A DNA stretch of 64,000 bases, from NCBI GenBank assembly GCA_027622665.1, contig JAQBYT010000010.1, positions 56,768-120,767 of the forward strand, in the 5' to 3' direction. Positions 50,659-59,609 of this stretch are shown here, piece by piece. A program made the translations under genes and the position numbers. The DNA comes from Verrucomicrobiota bacterium (GTDB lineage Bacteria; Verrucomicrobiota; Verrucomicrobiia; Opitutales; Seribacteraceae). The notes under the pieces were generated by a model. That model searched no databases and was not told where the DNA came from. It saw nothing but the letters and a program-made list of their open reading frames with translations. Within the stretch, counting starts at the first letter, position 1. Each line of letters opens with the position of its first letter.

Positions 50659-52236
50659 TCATTTTTTCTTCTGGGACTTGGTTGCGTCCTCGATGAATTC
50701 GTCCTGCTTGGCCAACCAGAGCTTTTCAAGTTCCTTTACTTTTTCGGGATGCTTGGCGAAGAGGTTCTCGGTCTCGGTTCGGTCTTTGGCCAAGTCGAAC
50801 AGTTCCCAGTTCTTTCCATTGGCGGACACTAACTTCCAGTCCTGCACGCGTATGGCTCGGTTTCCGTCGTGCGACCACCACAGGTAATTGCGATCAATGG
50901 AGCGATCCTCGGCGAATGCGGGCACGAGAGTTTTGCCGGGCGCGGGGGGGACCGACTTGTCCTTAGCCATCTTTGCTTTGGCCAATTCAAGGATGGTTGG
51001 AACCACGTCGATGGCGTGTCCCGGGGTCTGTCGCAGTTCGCCGCGAGCCTTGATCCCCTTAGGCCAATGGACGACAAGCGGAGTGCATGCACCACCTTCG
51101 TGCACCCAGGTCTTGTGCATGCGGAAGGGCGTGTTGCAAGCGGTTGACCAACCGGCCCCGAGACAAAGATAAGTGTAGGCTGACCCCAGCGGGGCCTTCG
51201 GGTCGTGCCCGTCGCCGCGCACCATAACCTCGGCGCTGGCCCCGTTGTCGGAGAGAAACAAGACCAAGGTGTCGTCGAAGGCCTTCATCTTCCGCAATTG
51301 GTCGAGAACCCGCCCAATGGCTCGATCCATCGAGTCGATCATGGCGGCATGCACCGCCATCTTATCCGCTTGAAAGGCCTGCTGCTCCTGGGTCAGGGTA
51401 TTCCATGGCACGGGATAGCGAACTTCCCCCGAGCCGAGTATCTTGTAGGCGTCGGGAAAGTGGTGGTGGGGACCGACGTCGCGTTCCACTGGGGAAAGAT
51501 TGCCCTTGGCGAGACCAAGCTCCTTCTGCTTCTTCCAGCGAGCCGAGCGTATCTTGTCCCAACCCTGCTTATAATGTTCACGATAGCGTTCGATGTCCTT
51601 GGGTAGGGCATGCAGGGGGAAGTGCGGCGCGGTGAAAGCTAAATAGTGGAAGAATGGTTTGTCGGCATGTATCTCGGCGTGCTCCTTCAAGGTGGTGACG
51701 GCATGATCGGCGATGGCGTCGGTGACGTAGAACTTCGGGCGGATCGGGGTCGCCGGTTGTTTTTTGTCATCGAGATAGTGGGACTTTAGCCGGAAGAACC
51801 CATGGTTGTTAACATAGTAGGAGCGGTCGAAACCAGTAGCTAAGGGAAGACCGTCGATATGCCATTTGCCGGAGTGATAGGAACGATAACCGGCAGACTT
51901 AAGCAACTCGGGCAACAAGCGGGCCCACGAGGGACGGTTGCCTCGCTTTACTCCCGGCAGGCTGTCCCGACGGACTTGCTGCGCATAGTAACCCGTGAGC
52001 AAGGTGGCCCGAGTAGGCCAGCATCGGGCGGTGTTGTAAAACTGGGTGAAACGGAGGCCGTTTTTAGCAAGCTCGTCGAGATGGGGTGTTTCGATTTCAC
52101 CACCGTAGCAACCGAGGTCGGAGTAACCCAAGTCGTCCGCCATAATGAGAAGAACGTTCGGCGTTCGTCCTGTGATCTCTAGGCTTGGCGAAAAAAAGAA
52201 ACAACAAACGCCCAATAAAAACAAAAATCTTTGCAT
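50659..52236 (-). CDS. Arylsulfatase (formylglycine-dependent, Cys-type)
   Basis: ADDLGYSD, CWPTR, GKWH, APHFPLHA and SDNGA. Signal peptide MQRFLFLL (start 52236; ORF track 52413). Confidence 0.93.
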   Translation of the reverse strand: MQRFLFLLGVCCFFFSPSLEITGRTPNVLLIMADDLGYSDLGCYGGEIETPHLDELAKNGLRFTQFYNTARCWPTRATLLTGYYAQQVRRDSLPGVKRGNRPSWARLLPELLKSAGYRSYHSGKWHIDGLPLATGFDRSYYVNNHGFFRLKSHYLDDKKQPATPIRPKFYVTDAIADHAVTTLKEHAEIHADKPFFHYLAFTAPHFPLHALPKDIERYREHYKQGWDKIRSARWKKQKELGLAKGNLSPVERDVGPHHHFPDAYKILGSGEVRYPVPWNTLTQEQQAFQADKMAVHAAMIDSMDRAIGRVLDQLRKMKAFDDTLVLFLSDNGASAEVMVRGDGHDPKAPLGSAYTYLCLGAGWSTACNTPFRMHKTWVHEGGACTPLVVHWPKGIKARGELRQTPGHAIDVVPTILELAKAKMAKDKSVPPAPGKTLVPAFAEDRSIDRNYLWWSHDGNRAIRVQDWKLVSANGKNWELFDLAKDRTETENLFAKHPEKVKELEKLWLAKQDEFIEDATKSQKKK

Positions 52237-52514
52237 TCTACTATTACAAACCGTTTCTACGTCAGTCGGCAAGATGGTAAAAAATGGGATAGGAAATACA
52301 GAGTAAGAATGGTCGGAAATGATAACATGTGGACACAGGATGAGGAAGTCGGACGAGGAGGAATCAGATGGCGCGACCATACAAAGAGACAAATGCTCGG
52401 GCGAAGATCTCATGGAAGATTAGCAGGAATCTCAGATCTGCCCCTAGCGATCAGAACTACTGAAAGACGAAGTAACGATGGACATGTTCCGAAAAACAGT
52501 TTGGTTTCAATCTA

Positions 52515-53957
52515 ATGGAACCATCCCTTTTCCTCACCTGCTTTTTTGCCTACGTGGTGGGCATGATAGTTTTCGGGTGGTGGATGTCCCGCCGGAAACA
52601 AACGGGTGACACCTTTCTTCTCGGCGGACGCGCCCTACCCTTCTTCCTCACACTGGGAACTACGGTCGCCACCATGGTAGGCACGGGATCTTCCATGGGA
52701 GCCGTGGGCAAAGGTTATGCCAATGGATGGACGGGTTCTCTTTACGGGATCGGAGGCACGATCGGCATTTTATTAACTGCTTGGTTATTCGCTCCCGTAC
52801 GAAAACATCGCTTCATGACGATGGCGGAAGAGTTATCGTCCAATACTGGAGCAAACCAAACCGTATCGAGCATAGTCGGGATCTTCTCCTACCTCGCCTG
52901 CGTGGGTTGGCTTGGATTGCATATACTGGGTGGAGGGAAATACTTAGTTTTCGTTACGGGAATTGATCCTTTTTGGGGAAAGACCTACATTGCCTTGGGC
53001 TTCGGAATCTACGCCATGATCGGGGGCTACCTTGCCGTCGTCTGGACTGATTCGGTGCAAGCGATCGTTTTGTTCGCGGGATTTTTGGTCATTGCCTTCT
53101 TCTCCTTCCAGGCAGTGGGAGGATGGAGCGGATTACAGGAAGTCAATGCGATCTTGGCCGCAAAACCCGACGCCCCGTCTACCTTGACCTTGATCTCGCT
53201 CACAGTGGTTATTGCGGTCGGGGTATTGGGCAACCCCTGCTTTCGTCAGAGAATCTATTCAGGTAAAACCATCCCGGAAATCCGCAAGGCTTTCGTAATA
53301 TCGGGAATCCTGTACTTAGGTTTCGCTGGCTTGCCCGCAATAATCGGAATGGCCGCTTACAAGAATTCCCCGAACTTGACCAACGCAGATCTGGCTTTCC
53401 CTACAATGGCCACCGACATGCTCCCGGTAGCCGGAGGCATCGTCATCCTGTTGGCGGGACTTTCGGCCACAATGTCGAGCGCCAGTTCCGATGCCGTCGC
53501 AGGCGTAACCACCTTGGTTCGGGATTTGTACAAACTCGTTTTTGGAAGTATGCCTCAAGCCGGAAGAGTGGTGTTCATATCACGGATAGCCATCGGCTTG
53601 ACCACCGGACTCGCCTTAGCCATGGCGTTGGTAGCCGACAACGTAATCGGCTACATCAAGGTTATGATTCCCCTATTTATTTCCGGAATGTGCGTGTGCG
53701 GAATACTCGGGCGCTTGTGGAAAAGATACAATGCCGCGGGCGCGATTGCCTCGCTGCTCGGGGCCTGCGGAACCTCCACGGCCGTTATGCTCGTTCCGGA
53801 ATGGGAGGCATACTGGGAAGGCGAACCTGTGATTCCCTCGATCCTGATTGCAACTGCAGCAGGCGTATTCGTTTCTCTACTTACTTCCCCTGAAAAACTT
53901 TCCCGTAAAGAGGCTCGTGCCCTTCTCGCCAAAGAACGTGAAACCATGGAAAACTGA
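52515..53957 (+). CDS. Sodium:solute symporter (SSS family)
   Basis: Many hydrophobic helices; FLLGGR, GGYLAVVWTDSVQ, QRIYS and SATMSSASS motifs. Confidence 0.93.
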   Translation: MEPSLFLTCFFAYVVGMIVFGWWMSRRKQTGDTFLLGGRALPFFLTLGTTVATMVGTGSSMGAVGKGYANGWTGSLYGIGGTIGILLTAWLFAPVRKHRFMTMAEELSSNTGANQTVSSIVGIFSYLACVGWLGLHILGGGKYLVFVTGIDPFWGKTYIALGFGIYAMIGGYLAVVWTDSVQAIVLFAGFLVIAFFSFQAVGGWSGLQEVNAILAAKPDAPSTLTLISLTVVIAVGVLGNPCFRQRIYSGKTIPEIRKAFVISGILYLGFAGLPAIIGMAAYKNSPNLTNADLAFPTMATDMLPVAGGIVILLAGLSATMSSASSDAVAGVTTLVRDLYKLVFGSMPQAGRVVFISRIAIGLTTGLALAMALVADNVIGYIKVMIPLFISGMCVCGILGRLWKRYNAAGAIASLLGACGTSTAVMLVPEWEAYWEGEPVIPSILIATAAGVFVSLLTSPEKLSRKEARALLAKERETMEN

Positions 53958-53967
53958 TTGGCTAATT

Positions 53968-55524
53968 ATGAAACTAAAAATCCTTCTTACCGTATTATTC
54001 ATTACTTTTTCCGGCATCCAAACCTTTGCCGAAAAACCAAACCTCGTATTCATCCTCGCCGACGACCAAGGCTACGGCGACGTTTCCCATGCCGGAGGCA
54101 AAGCACCTACTCCCCACATTGATCGACTGGCAAAGGAGGGCATGCGGTTTACAGACGCTCACACCACCTCTTCGGTCTGCACGCCGACGCGATACAGTAT
54201 TTTGACAGGGCGATACAACTGGCGATCACCGCTCAAAAAATCCGTTCTTTTCGGACTTGATACCCCTCTGATCCCCAAAAGCAGAACCACGGTAGCCGGC
54301 TTTCTCCGGAAACAGAACTACCATACGGGGATCGTTGGGAAATGGCACCTTGGCCTTGGTTGGCAGAAATTCCCGGACGGAAAAACTCGCAAGGCGGAGT
54401 CCGGCCCGACCAAAGGCGGCGGCTGGGATATCGATTACGGCAAACCCGTAAAGGGCGGTCCCAACGCACTTGGATTCGACGAATCCTTCATTATTCCCGC
54501 ATCTCTGGACATGTTTCCCTACGTCTATCTTAAAAATGGACTTTGTACACAGCCGGCAACCGTCACAAAAGCCTTTCATCGGTCGGGACCTTCCGGCAAA
54601 GACTTTGAAGCAATCAATTGCCTTCGTGACTTTGCCCGTGAAGCGCGATCCTTCATTGCCGGTTCCTCCCACAAAAAGGACAAGCCCTTCTTCCTGTACC
54701 TGCCACTGACCAGCCCGCACACACCGATCGTCCCCGCCAAACGTTTCCAAGGCAAATCATCCCTCGGCAAATACGGAGACTTCGTGATGGAAACGGACTG
54801 GGTGGTCGGCCAAGTTCTCGCCGAGCTCGATGAACAGAAGGTTGAAGGTGAAACTCTAGTCATCTTCACCACCGACAATGGTTGCTCGCCTGCCGCCGGC
54901 ATCCCGAACCTAGTCAAGAAAGGCCACAAACCCAACGCGCATTGGCGCGGGCACAAAGCCGATATTTTTGAAGGCGGACATCGAGTGCCCTTCGTAGTTC
55001 GCTGGCCCGGGAAAGTAAAGCCGGGTTCTGAATACAAAGGCATCGTCAGCTCCGTGGACTTCTTTGCGACTGCCGCCGACGTCATTGGCGCAAAAGATAA
55101 GGTCAAACCCGAAGCAGCTGAAGATTCGTTCTCATTCCTGAGTGCTCTTCGAGGGGAAACCACCGCGACAAGACCTTCCCTCATTCACCATTCCATCGCA
55201 GGTAGTTTCGCGATCCGTCGCGGCAAATGGAAGCTGAACCTCTGCCCTGGATCTGGAGGTTGGAGTAATCCGCGTCCAACCGTTGCCCTTAAAAACAAAA
55301 AGCTTCCTCCGGTGCAACTGTACGACCTCGAGACTGACCCGAGCGAGAAGACCAACTTACAAGACAAGCACCACGAGATCGTCACCGAACTAGTGAATGC
55401 TCTTACTCAAGCCATAGCCCAAGGAAGAACCACGGAAGGTCCTAGGCAAACCAACGAAGGGTGGCCCAACACTTTTCCGAAACCCGTGCTCGCGATGTTC
55501 CCTCAGCTCGCTGGCGAAAAATAA
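53968..55524 (+). CDS. Arylsulfatase (Cys-type)
   Basis: ADDQGYGD, CTPTR, GKWHLG, SPHTP, TTDNG and EGGHRVP. Signal peptide MKLKILL at 53968. Confidence 0.93.
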   Translation: MKLKILLTVLFITFSGIQTFAEKPNLVFILADDQGYGDVSHAGGKAPTPHIDRLAKEGMRFTDAHTTSSVCTPTRYSILTGRYNWRSPLKKSVLFGLDTPLIPKSRTTVAGFLRKQNYHTGIVGKWHLGLGWQKFPDGKTRKAESGPTKGGGWDIDYGKPVKGGPNALGFDESFIIPASLDMFPYVYLKNGLCTQPATVTKAFHRSGPSGKDFEAINCLRDFAREARSFIAGSSHKKDKPFFLYLPLTSPHTPIVPAKRFQGKSSLGKYGDFVMETDWVVGQVLAELDEQKVEGETLVIFTTDNGCSPAAGIPNLVKKGHKPNAHWRGHKADIFEGGHRVPFVVRWPGKVKPGSEYKGIVSSVDFFATAADVIGAKDKVKPEAAEDSFSFLSALRGETTATRPSLIHHSIAGSFAIRRGKWKLNLCPGSGGWSNPRPTVALKNKKLPPVQLYDLETDPSEKTNLQDKHHEIVTELVNALTQAIAQGRTTEGPRQTNEGWPNTFPKPVLAMFPQLAGEK

Positions 55525-55569
55525 CCGCGAGATCCGCAAAATTCACTTCATGCCTTACGCTTACGAAAA

Positions 55570-56514
55570 ATGAAATTGAGAATTCAAGGAACCTGTCTTC
55601 TCATGACTTTTGTCGCGATCGTCTTGGCGTCAACAGCTTCCATCGGACTATCTCAGAGCAAACAAAAGAAAACCAAAAAAAAGCCGCCCTTCAGTTGGGT
55701 TTCCCCGGCATCCGACTGGAAAGCAAAAACGCTACCGAAAAACATTCGGCATGCTACCTTCAAAAGTCCGAGTATGAGTATCGACGTCGGTTACTACGTC
55801 TACCTTCCCGATGGATACGACGCCAAAAAGAATGAAAGTAAAAAGTACCCCGTCGTCTATCACCTGCATGGCGGACGGCCCGGTTCGGAAAGCAAAACCG
55901 TTTCCCTCGCGACCTTCATCGACAAGGCCATGCGGAATGGAAAAATTCAACACACCATATACGTCTTTCCAAACGGAGGTCCCGTGAGCTGGTATAATTA
56001 TCCACAGGTCAAAAACGGACAAGGCGAAGATGTATTTATTAAGGAGATGATACCTCACGTCGACGCCACCTACCGGACCTGTGGAACCCGTGCAAAACGA
56101 GGCATCCAAGGTTTCTCTCAAGGGGGCCGCGGCACCACTCGTATCATCTTCAAGTATCCGGAACTGTTTGGTTCAACCGCTCCGGGTGGCTCGGGGTACG
56201 AACCCGAGGAACGCATCCGCGACAACGACGGCGCGGAGTCCGACAGAATCCGCTTCGCTCCCGGCTACGATGCTTGGTCCCTCGCCAAGGCCTACGCCAA
56301 GCGAAAGAATGCCCCGCCCCTCAAGCCTCTCATCTGGGTCGGCGCCAAGGGGTTCAACTACGAGTACAACCTCAAGTTCATGAAGTACCTAGATGAGCTC
56401 GGCATTCCTTACAAAAAGCTGATCGTTCCCGACGCTCCGCACAGCACAAAAATCATCTACGAAAAAAGCGGGATTGAACTCATGCAATTTCACGACCGAA
56501 ACTTCGGAAAGTGA
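55570..56514 (+). CDS. Secreted alpha/beta-hydrolase esterase (XynZ/Fes-like esterase family)
   Basis: YYVYLPDGY, YPVVYHLHG, EMIPHVDATYRT and a GFSQG nucleophile elbow; signal peptide. Confidence 0.85.
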   Translation: MKLRIQGTCLLMTFVAIVLASTASIGLSQSKQKKTKKKPPFSWVSPASDWKAKTLPKNIRHATFKSPSMSIDVGYYVYLPDGYDAKKNESKKYPVVYHLHGGRPGSESKTVSLATFIDKAMRNGKIQHTIYVFPNGGPVSWYNYPQVKNGQGEDVFIKEMIPHVDATYRTCGTRAKRGIQGFSQGGRGTTRIIFKYPELFGSTAPGGSGYEPEERIRDNDGAESDRIRFAPGYDAWSLAKAYAKRKNAPPLKPLIWVGAKGFNYEYNLKFMKYLDELGIPYKKLIVPDAPHSTKIIYEKSGIELMQFHDRNFGK

Positions 56515-56675
56515 AGCAAATCTCGGTGATGCGGAAACCTCAAATGTTAAAACAGTCACCGTCCTTTAAAATAATAATCGCAAGCAACATTGTTCTTGTC
56601 GGGCTCAAGCACCTTTGGAAATAGAAGAAGATTCAATCGTTGCCTCTTAATATTTCAGTTAAAAGAAGGAGATTA

Positions 56676-57575
56676 ATGAAACTCAGCATAATTTTTCTAG
56701 CCATATTGACAGGGCTTGCAACTGGAGCCGTAGAACCGAGAGACGGGCCCAAGTACAACTTCGTCTGCGCAGACTATTCAAAGGGCGAAGTTTGCATCGT
56801 ATCCAGCAAGGGAGAGGTCAAGCGAGTCATCAAAACGAGAAACCCAAACGACGTATGGTCATTACCCAATGGCGAAGTCATGTTTGCTTGGAGAATGGGC
56901 GTCAATATTTACGACAAGAGCGGAGAGAAGGTCTTTGAATGGAAGACCTCGGAGAAACGCGATGAGATTCACACCTGCCAACCCCTTCCCAACGGCAATA
57001 TTCTTATCGCCCAAAATGGACCCGCCCGAATGATCGAGGTCACTCGCGAGGGCAAAACCGTAAAAGAGATTCCGGTCAAGACCCGAAACAACGATCTACA
57101 CATGCGATTCAGAATGTGCCGAAAATTAGATAACGGTCATTATTTGTGCATGGTTTCCTGCGATAGTGAGATCCGTGAGATTGATTCGGAAGGGAAGACC
57201 ATTCGTGTGATCAAGGATCTCCCCGGAGTACAAATGGCCAAAGCCCATGCAGTTATGCGCCTAGCGAACGGCAATACACTTTTCTCCACCGGGGCCAGCG
57301 CCACGGCAGTCGAGGTAGATAAAGACGACAAAGTTGTCTGGAAGCTGGAGCGAAAGGACCTGCCCGAGATAAAGATGGGCTTCATGACCGGTATGAATCG
57401 TCTTCCAAACGGGAATACGGTCATCTGCTTTTATCAGGGAAGCCATCACGTCATTGAAGTGACGCCCGAGAAAAAGCTAGTCTGGAAATGGCGATTGCCC
57501 TCACAAAGGACCGTCGTCAGCATTCAGATTCTGGACCAAGAAGGCGATGCTTCAAAAGGCCAAATATTTAAGTAA
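56676..57575 (+). CDS. Secreted beta-propeller protein with LxNG repeats (arylsulfotransferase-like / PQQ-like fold, function unknown)
   Basis: Five repeats (LPNGEVMF, LPNGNILI, LDNGHYLC, LANGNTLF, LPNGNTVI), each followed by a G/K-x-V-x-W-like strand; signal peptide MKLSIIFL. Confidence 0.7.
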   Translation: MKLSIIFLAILTGLATGAVEPRDGPKYNFVCADYSKGEVCIVSSKGEVKRVIKTRNPNDVWSLPNGEVMFAWRMGVNIYDKSGEKVFEWKTSEKRDEIHTCQPLPNGNILIAQNGPARMIEVTREGKTVKEIPVKTRNNDLHMRFRMCRKLDNGHYLCMVSCDSEIREIDSEGKTIRVIKDLPGVQMAKAHAVMRLANGNTLFSTGASATAVEVDKDDKVVWKLERKDLPEIKMGFMTGMNRLPNGNTVICFYQGSHHVIEVTPEKKLVWKWRLPSQRTVVSIQILDQEGDASKGQIFK

Positions 57576-57617
57576 TTTCCATGTTTCATCCCCCTTCACA
57601 TCAGGAGGCTTCCGGCG

Positions 57618-59033
57618 ATGAATGCACGTATCATTGAAGCCGTCATGGCGCTGTCCCTTGGATTGATCGGTTCGAACGTCATTCAAGCAAAAGACGCCAA
57701 ACACACCAACATCATCCTCTTCCTCATTGACGACTTGGGTTGGAAGGATCTCGCTTGCTACGGCAGCGCCTTCTACAAGACCCCAAACATCGACAAGTTG
57801 GCCTCCCAAGGCGTACGCTTTACCGATGCTTATGCCGCCTGCGCAGTATGCTCGCCCACCCGAGCAGCCATCCTAACCGGAAAGTACCCGGCTCGGCTAA
57901 TGCTGACCGAGTGGTTGCCGTCGGGACGCTGGAACCCGAAGGCAAAGCTGAGAAGCGGCAGGTTCCTTCGCTCCCTCCCCTTGGAAGAAAAAACCCTCGC
58001 CGAAGCCCTGCGGGAAACCGGTTACCGCACCTGTATCGTGGGCAAGTGGCATCTAGGTGGAGAACCGTTCAACACTGCTCGCCACCATGGGTTCAATGAT
58101 TCCATCGCAGCCAACGACCACGGAAATCCCGGCAACTACTTTCACCCGTAAAAAGGGCGGTGGTCCATACCCACGACAAAGTTAAAGGCAACTTGGCAGG
58201 TCCTACCCGGAGGGAAGGATGGGGAATACTTGACCGACCGATTGACCGACGAAGCCGTAACCTTCATCAGGGAGAATCAGCGGCAACCATTCTTTCTCTA
58301 CTTCTCCCACTATGCGGTACACACGCCGTTGCAGGCCAAGAAGGCAATGATTGAAAAATACAAGTCCGTTCCAAAGGAAAAACGGCAGGGCAACCCAGTT
58401 TACGCCGCCATGGTAGAAAGTGTGGATCAAAGTGTGGGACGCGTAATGGAAGAGCTCAGGGCTTTGAAACTTCACGAAGAAACCCTCGTTATTTTCACTT
58501 CGGACAACGGAGGCTTCGCCGGAGCCACCGATCATGCCCCACTTCGGGGGAACAAAGGATCTTATTACGAGGGAGGCATACGGGTTCCTCTCATCATGCG
58601 ATGGCCGGGAGTTGCTAAATCCGGCCGAGTGAACAACACCCCCGTCATCAGCATGGATCTTTACCCGACTTGCCTAACCGCAGCGGGCTTGCCTATGCAC
58701 CGTGCTCAGCACCGCGACGGCATCGATTTACGCCCGCTCCTAAAAGGTGAAAAGCATCTAAGCCGAAAAGCTCTTCACTGGCACTATCCGCACTACAACA
58801 GTCATCCGTCCGCCGCCCCGTCCTCTGTGCTAAGAAAAGGCAACTGGAAACTGATTGAAGCATTCGACCCCCAAAGCATTGAACTCTACAACCTAGAAAA
58901 AGACCTGAGCGAAACCAAAAACCTCGCTGATGTTGAACCTGAGAAACTAGCGGAACTTCAAAAAGAACTGAGCGATTGGCGCGAATCAGTAGGAGCGGAG
59001 AAAATGGAATCCAATCCGGATTATCAAAACTGA
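57618..59033 (+). pseudogene. Sulfatase (Cys-type) interrupted by a single in-frame TAA at 58149-58151
   Basis: IDDLGW, CSPTR and GKWHLG precede the stop. The same frame continues KGRWSIP...GEYLTDRLTDEA, HYAVHTP, SDNGG and EGGIRVP to 59033. YFHP*KG most simply derives from YFHPYKG. Confidence 0.88.
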
Positions 59034-59098
59034 TTTCGGTATTGGGAAACTGCCAAAAAATCGCTGACAGTCTAGCTCTTTAGAGGTAACTACATCTG

Positions 59099-59554
59099 AT
59101 GTCGTCTCAGCAAAAGTTCCATGACAATGAAGCCTTGGCTGCCTATGTGGAGGGTCTCAAGTCTCACGATATAGCAACTATAGCCGAATCGCTTGCTGAG
59201 AACGTGAAGTTCGTCACATCCGTAAAGACAATGGGCAAGCCCGCAATACTAGAGTTCCTCAACGCCTTGTATGCCGGTTTCCCCGATTGGAATTACGACC
59301 ATGACAATCCCGTTCGGCACGGCGATGGTTCCTACTCCATCCTCTGGCGGCAGGGTGGAACTCATACGGCGATGCTTTCCTTCCCGGGTTTTGATGCCGT
59401 GCCAGCTACGGGAAAGACCGTCGTCATTCCCAAACAACGTTTCTTCTACCGCGTTGATTCGTCGGGTCTCACGGAGATTCGACCCGACCCCGTGCCCGGC
59501 GGAGCTCCTCGTGGCATCTTTGAGCAGATTGGCGTGGAGCAGTCACCTCTTTGA
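59099..59554 (+). CDS. SnoaL-like / ester cyclase (NTF2-like) protein
   Basis: LAENVKF, LYAGFPDW, GTHT and VPATGKTV motifs. Confidence 0.75.
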   Translation: MSSQQKFHDNEALAAYVEGLKSHDIATIAESLAENVKFVTSVKTMGKPAILEFLNALYAGFPDWNYDHDNPVRHGDGSYSILWRQGGTHTAMLSFPGFDAVPATGKTVVIPKQRFFYRVDSSGLTEIRPDPVPGGAPRGIFEQIGVEQSPL

Positions 59555-59609
59555 GATTCGTCATGCAAAGATTTGCACGTGTAACGGTTTTTCCATACGT
59601 TCACACTTT

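Noticed and set aside
58149..58151. Stop-codon recoding (Sec, Pyl or alternative genetic code)
   Set aside because: The codon is TAA, and TAA, TAG and TGA all act as normal terminators elsewhere in the window.
59271..59609. 113-aa N-terminal extension of the DUF1592 ORF overlapping the SnoaL-like gene
   Set aside because: A clear signal peptide begins at ATG 59610; the extension is an alternative-frame read-through of the upstream gene.
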